This document shows, one piece after another, positions 61,058-64,000 of a stretch of DNA of 64,000 bases. A program made the position numbers and the translations under genes. Position 1 is the stretch's first letter, and each line of letters begins with the position of its first letter. Source of the stretch: Chromera velia (taxonomy: Eukaryota); contig JAHBMJ010000079.1 in the NCBI GenBank assembly GCA_018398765.1, forward strand, positions 62,001-126,000. Reading direction: 5' to 3'. The notes under the pieces are model-generated. The model did not search any database, was not told where the DNA came from, and saw only the letters and a list, made by a program, of their open reading frames with translations.

Positions 61058-63217
61058 TTAACTTTGCGCTACCAGGCAGCCCTCAGCGATCTTTACCATT
61101 CGAGCCCTCATGTACTTGCTGTCCCTTCCGTCGATATGCACAACCAAAATGCCCTTCTGTGCCCAGTCGTTCTGGGTCTCTCCCTCACTCACATGCTTTT
61201 TTTCTATGCATTCTTCTGTTTCCACCCGGCCCTGGATCCTTGAAGGGCCGTCTCGGTGCTCGTCGGGCACATGGGAAGGCCCCGGTACCTCTGTAGGTAT
61301 CTCTATGCTGTGAATGGGAGAATTATCCGTTTCTTCTTCTGATTTTTTCTCTCGAGAACTTTTCTCTTTCTCTTCCAAATCCCCCTCAACCGTCACTCCC
61401 CTCTCTCTATTCGCTGCCTCTAAAGCTTCCCTCCCTTTCTCTTCGTCTGTCAATGACCCTTCTATGGTACAGGATTCAATTCCAATGGTGGTTGTCCATT
61501 CAACCTCCCTTTCCGGGTTTTCTTCTGCAACTGCAACCGAGGACTCCTCATCTTTCATCGACAGCAGAGGCGGCCTGTTAGAGGACAAAGGGGAACGCCT
61601 GTCGTTGACTTTTTCCATTTCCGAAGGCAAAGCTGGCTGAGACAAGATCCATGTGCCATACCGTCTGTGCGCGTCTTGGAGCTTTTTGGAAATTTCGACC
61701 ATAACGTCTTCTCTTGTCTCCTCGCTGTTTTGGGTCTCAGGCAGTTGTTCACTTTTTGGCCCTTCCTCTTTCCTCACTTGCCTCTCGTTCTCTTTTCCTT
61801 TCGGCAATACCCCAGCCAGCCTCAACTCGTGAAGCTGTCTCTGCCCCAGCTTGTCCTCGATGAATCCCCCTTTTTCAATTGTGCCGCCCCACTTCTGTTG
61901 GCTGTCAGGGGCGAACACAAAGTCTCTGTAAAACTCCAGGGAGGCGAAATGAGTCGAATCCAGAAAATGAAGCAACGGTCGAAGATGAAAACCCGTTTCT
62001 GCAATTCCATCAAGACCGTCTCTAACAAAATCCCATGCCCTCTTGCTGAAATCGGGAACTAAAATGTCCTTGCTATGCAAACCACCTGAGCCTCCCCCTG
62101 CCATCCCCACTACACATGTCCTCTTACTGCCCAAATTGAATCTCCCCACTACTCTTTCAAGGTGCCCAAGCATCGATCGATTCAAACAATTCACCACCTT
62201 CACTTCCTCCTGCCGTGTCTGCATCACTCGAAGGAGATCCCTCAAGGAGAACGGCCGGACAAACGGCCTGTCGTGTTGCACAACGGCCACAAAGGGAGTG
62301 CGGACAAAGCGCAGTGCCGCCTTCAATGCCAAAGCAAACCCATGCCAACCCTCCAACTTAAGCACACTCGCACCTGCTGGGAACCGCTTACTCTTGTAGA
62401 AGGTCACTGCAGCTGCGGGCCGATCCTCCGCCTTACTCTGGAGATGAGACCCGAATTCCGATGTTCCCTCCCGTATCATTTCGGAAGAATGCCCCCCAAC
62501 CCCAACCGTGTTGCTTGTCTCCTCTCCATCCTCTCTACCCTTCCCTTCCCCCCCCCTTCCCTGTCTCTGAACAGAGCCCTGAATAGGGTACTCAAGCTCA
62601 AAACTGTCCGCAGCCTCCTTTGAGACCAACTCAACCAGACGGCGGGTGTATTCGAGGTACGCCTGTTTCCCCTCCTCCCCCGGCACAAGTGCCCGTCTGT
62701 AACAGTACTTGAACCGATCTTGCTCCTGCACCCCTCCCTCTCGGCCTGTCTCTGCAAATTTCCCTTTCACAGAATTCGCTTCCCTCTCCTCAGGCACGCT
62801 AGCTTTCGTCTTTTTCCTCTTTTTTTTTTCCTTCGGGGGATCTGCAGGTCCCCCCACTTTGCAATCGTCGCACACGATCAGAAGGGGGGCACTGAGAAGA
62901 CCGGGCACAAAACGGAAAGAGGCCAAGACCCCCTCAATCATTTCGGTAGACGGATCCGAGGCTGTGGCCGAAGTTGTGAGCACAGTCGTCAGAAGAGGAG
63001 AGAGGACGGGCTCGGGATCCTCGAGGAACTCTGGCAACGGCTGGACACGCCGGTGCCCCTCCATTTGGGCTGCAATCAAGCGGCTGTACTCATCGAGAGT
63101 CGCACCGACAGGAGGGCAAGGAAGAGAAGAAGAGACGGAGACGGGAGCCGCGGAGGCTTCAGAGTCGAACAACATGGTCTTTGATTGTGGCGCGGCTGTG
63201 TGCCGTCCGGAAAGCAT
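61058..63217 (-). CDS. Intronless ~719-aa protein with a glycosyltransferase (GT-A fold)-like core and low-complexity insertions
   Basis: Uninterrupted ORF with first ATG at 63217. Segments LTTVLTTS...MIEGVLASF...LLIVCD and GFALALKAALRFVRTPFVAVVQHD resemble the GT2-type nucleotide-sugar-binding layout. The family assignment is an inference. Confidence 0.65.
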   Translation of the reverse strand: MLSGRHTAAPQSKTMLFDSEASAAPVSVSSSLPCPPVGATLDEYSRLIAAQMEGHRRVQPLPEFLEDPEPVLSPLLTTVLTTSATASDPSTEMIEGVLASFRFVPGLLSAPLLIVCDDCKVGGPADPPKEKKKRKKTKASVPEEREANSVKGKFAETGREGGVQEQDRFKYCYRRALVPGEEGKQAYLEYTRRLVELVSKEAADSFELEYPIQGSVQRQGRGGEGKGREDGEETSNTVGVGGHSSEMIREGTSEFGSHLQSKAEDRPAAAVTFYKSKRFPAGASVLKLEGWHGFALALKAALRFVRTPFVAVVQHDRPFVRPFSLRDLLRVMQTRQEEVKVVNCLNRSMLGHLERVVGRFNLGSKRTCVVGMAGGGSGGLHSKDILVPDFSKRAWDFVRDGLDGIAETGFHLRPLLHFLDSTHFASLEFYRDFVFAPDSQQKWGGTIEKGGFIEDKLGQRQLHELRLAGVLPKGKENERQVRKEEGPKSEQLPETQNSEETREDVMVEISKKLQDAHRRYGTWILSQPALPSEMEKVNDRRSPLSSNRPPLLSMKDEESSVAVAEENPEREVEWTTTIGIESCTIEGSLTDEEKGREALEAANRERGVTVEGDLEEKEKSSREKKSEEETDNSPIHSIEIPTEVPGPSHVPDEHRDGPSRIQGRVETEECIEKKHVSEGETQNDWAQKGILVVHIDGRDSKYMRARMVKIAEGCLVAQS

Positions 63218-63351
63218 ATTCGTCAGTTGGGAGCTCGAGAAGAGAGGTGTATGATGGAGTCCGTGGGCATGTATGGGCAACAAAGATCGACAAAGAAGAT
63301 TAGTATTACGACATATATATGGTGGACAGATGGTGGACAGAATTCAAATCG

Positions 63352-63375
63352 ATCGCCTCGGGGGGCAGCTCAGCT
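63352..63375 (-). promoter_or_regulatory. 24-bp upstream element, copy 2
   Basis: See copy 1. It lies ~135 bp upstream of the ATG at 63217, with a TATATA run in between. Confidence 0.45.
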
Positions 63376-64000
63376 CTGCTGAGATCAGCCGAGAGGCCCT
63401 GAGATCGCACGCACTCGCATAACGCATTTTTTTTTTCATTTTGGGGGGGGGGATTCCGGTTCTGTCTCTGTCACGGTCCAAAATGTGCCCCTCAAGCAAC
63501 TCGCACGGAGCCGCGATCGCGCGTGCCTTATACTTACTTTGCGCATGCGTGCCCCTCAAGTGTAACTCGCACGGAGTTGCACATGCATATACGACGCGCG
63601 CGGTCCCGAAAAGCATATACTGCCGTGGCCCCCGCCCCATGGCAGCACACAAGACATGCCTAAGCCCCCGATGGTGCGCACCAATCAAATATGAGCGGAC
63701 CCCCTAAATGGCCCCCCGAGGCACTCACCCAACTGGTTGGGTGTATCCCGTTAATTATATAGGTGAATTTCTAGAAATGCTCCTGCGGAGCATGCCGTGG
63801 CCCTGGTGCCAAAGGACCACTGGTCCAGCGGGATCTACGTTTCCTGCATGGCCCCCATGCATATGCATGTGCATGCATGCAATATATTATGCATGCATGC
63901 ATGCATGCATGCTTTAATTGCTTTTTCTTTTTTCAGTTTCCTGCATGTGTCACTTTTGAACACTTTCGGACAAGAGAGGTCGTGACTGCAAACGGCGAAG

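Noticed and set aside
1..64000. tRNA, rRNA or other structured RNA genes
   Set aside because: None recognisable by eye. A covariance-model search would be needed to exclude them.

Overview
Eukaryotic genomic DNA with intron-rich genes and microsatellite-filled introns. Frequent TGCATGCA motifs and the gene content suggest an alveolate or apicomplexan relative (inference only). Bases 1-8.7 kb hold LTR-retrotransposon relics: a decayed Ty1/copia element on + with PPT and 3' LTR, and a second, internally deleted copia-type element on - bounded by two 150-bp LTR copies. Seven host genes follow, reconstructed by eye from GT..AG junctions: a GDA1/CD39 NTPDase (-), a secreted Cys-repeat protein (+, two apparent frameshifts), an ARF GTPase (-), an SPX-EXS phosphate exporter-like gene (+), a large secreted protein with LamG-like/EGF/ShK-like C-terminus (-), a COPI-associated/TVP15-like membrane protein (+) and an intronless glycosyltransferase-like ORF (-). 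There is also a 217-bp MITE and a 1.2-kb hAT relic, each with an 8-bp TSD. I cannot demonstrate a new biological system from sequence alone. The best leads are a perfect 24-bp element upstream of two unrelated genes, a dominant GTCAGT-type 5' splice site, a possible Golgi/phosphate-recycling gene neighbourhood, a degenerate SPX sensor surface and transition-type decay of the copia pol. Exon boundaries are manual predictions, and no database searches were run.
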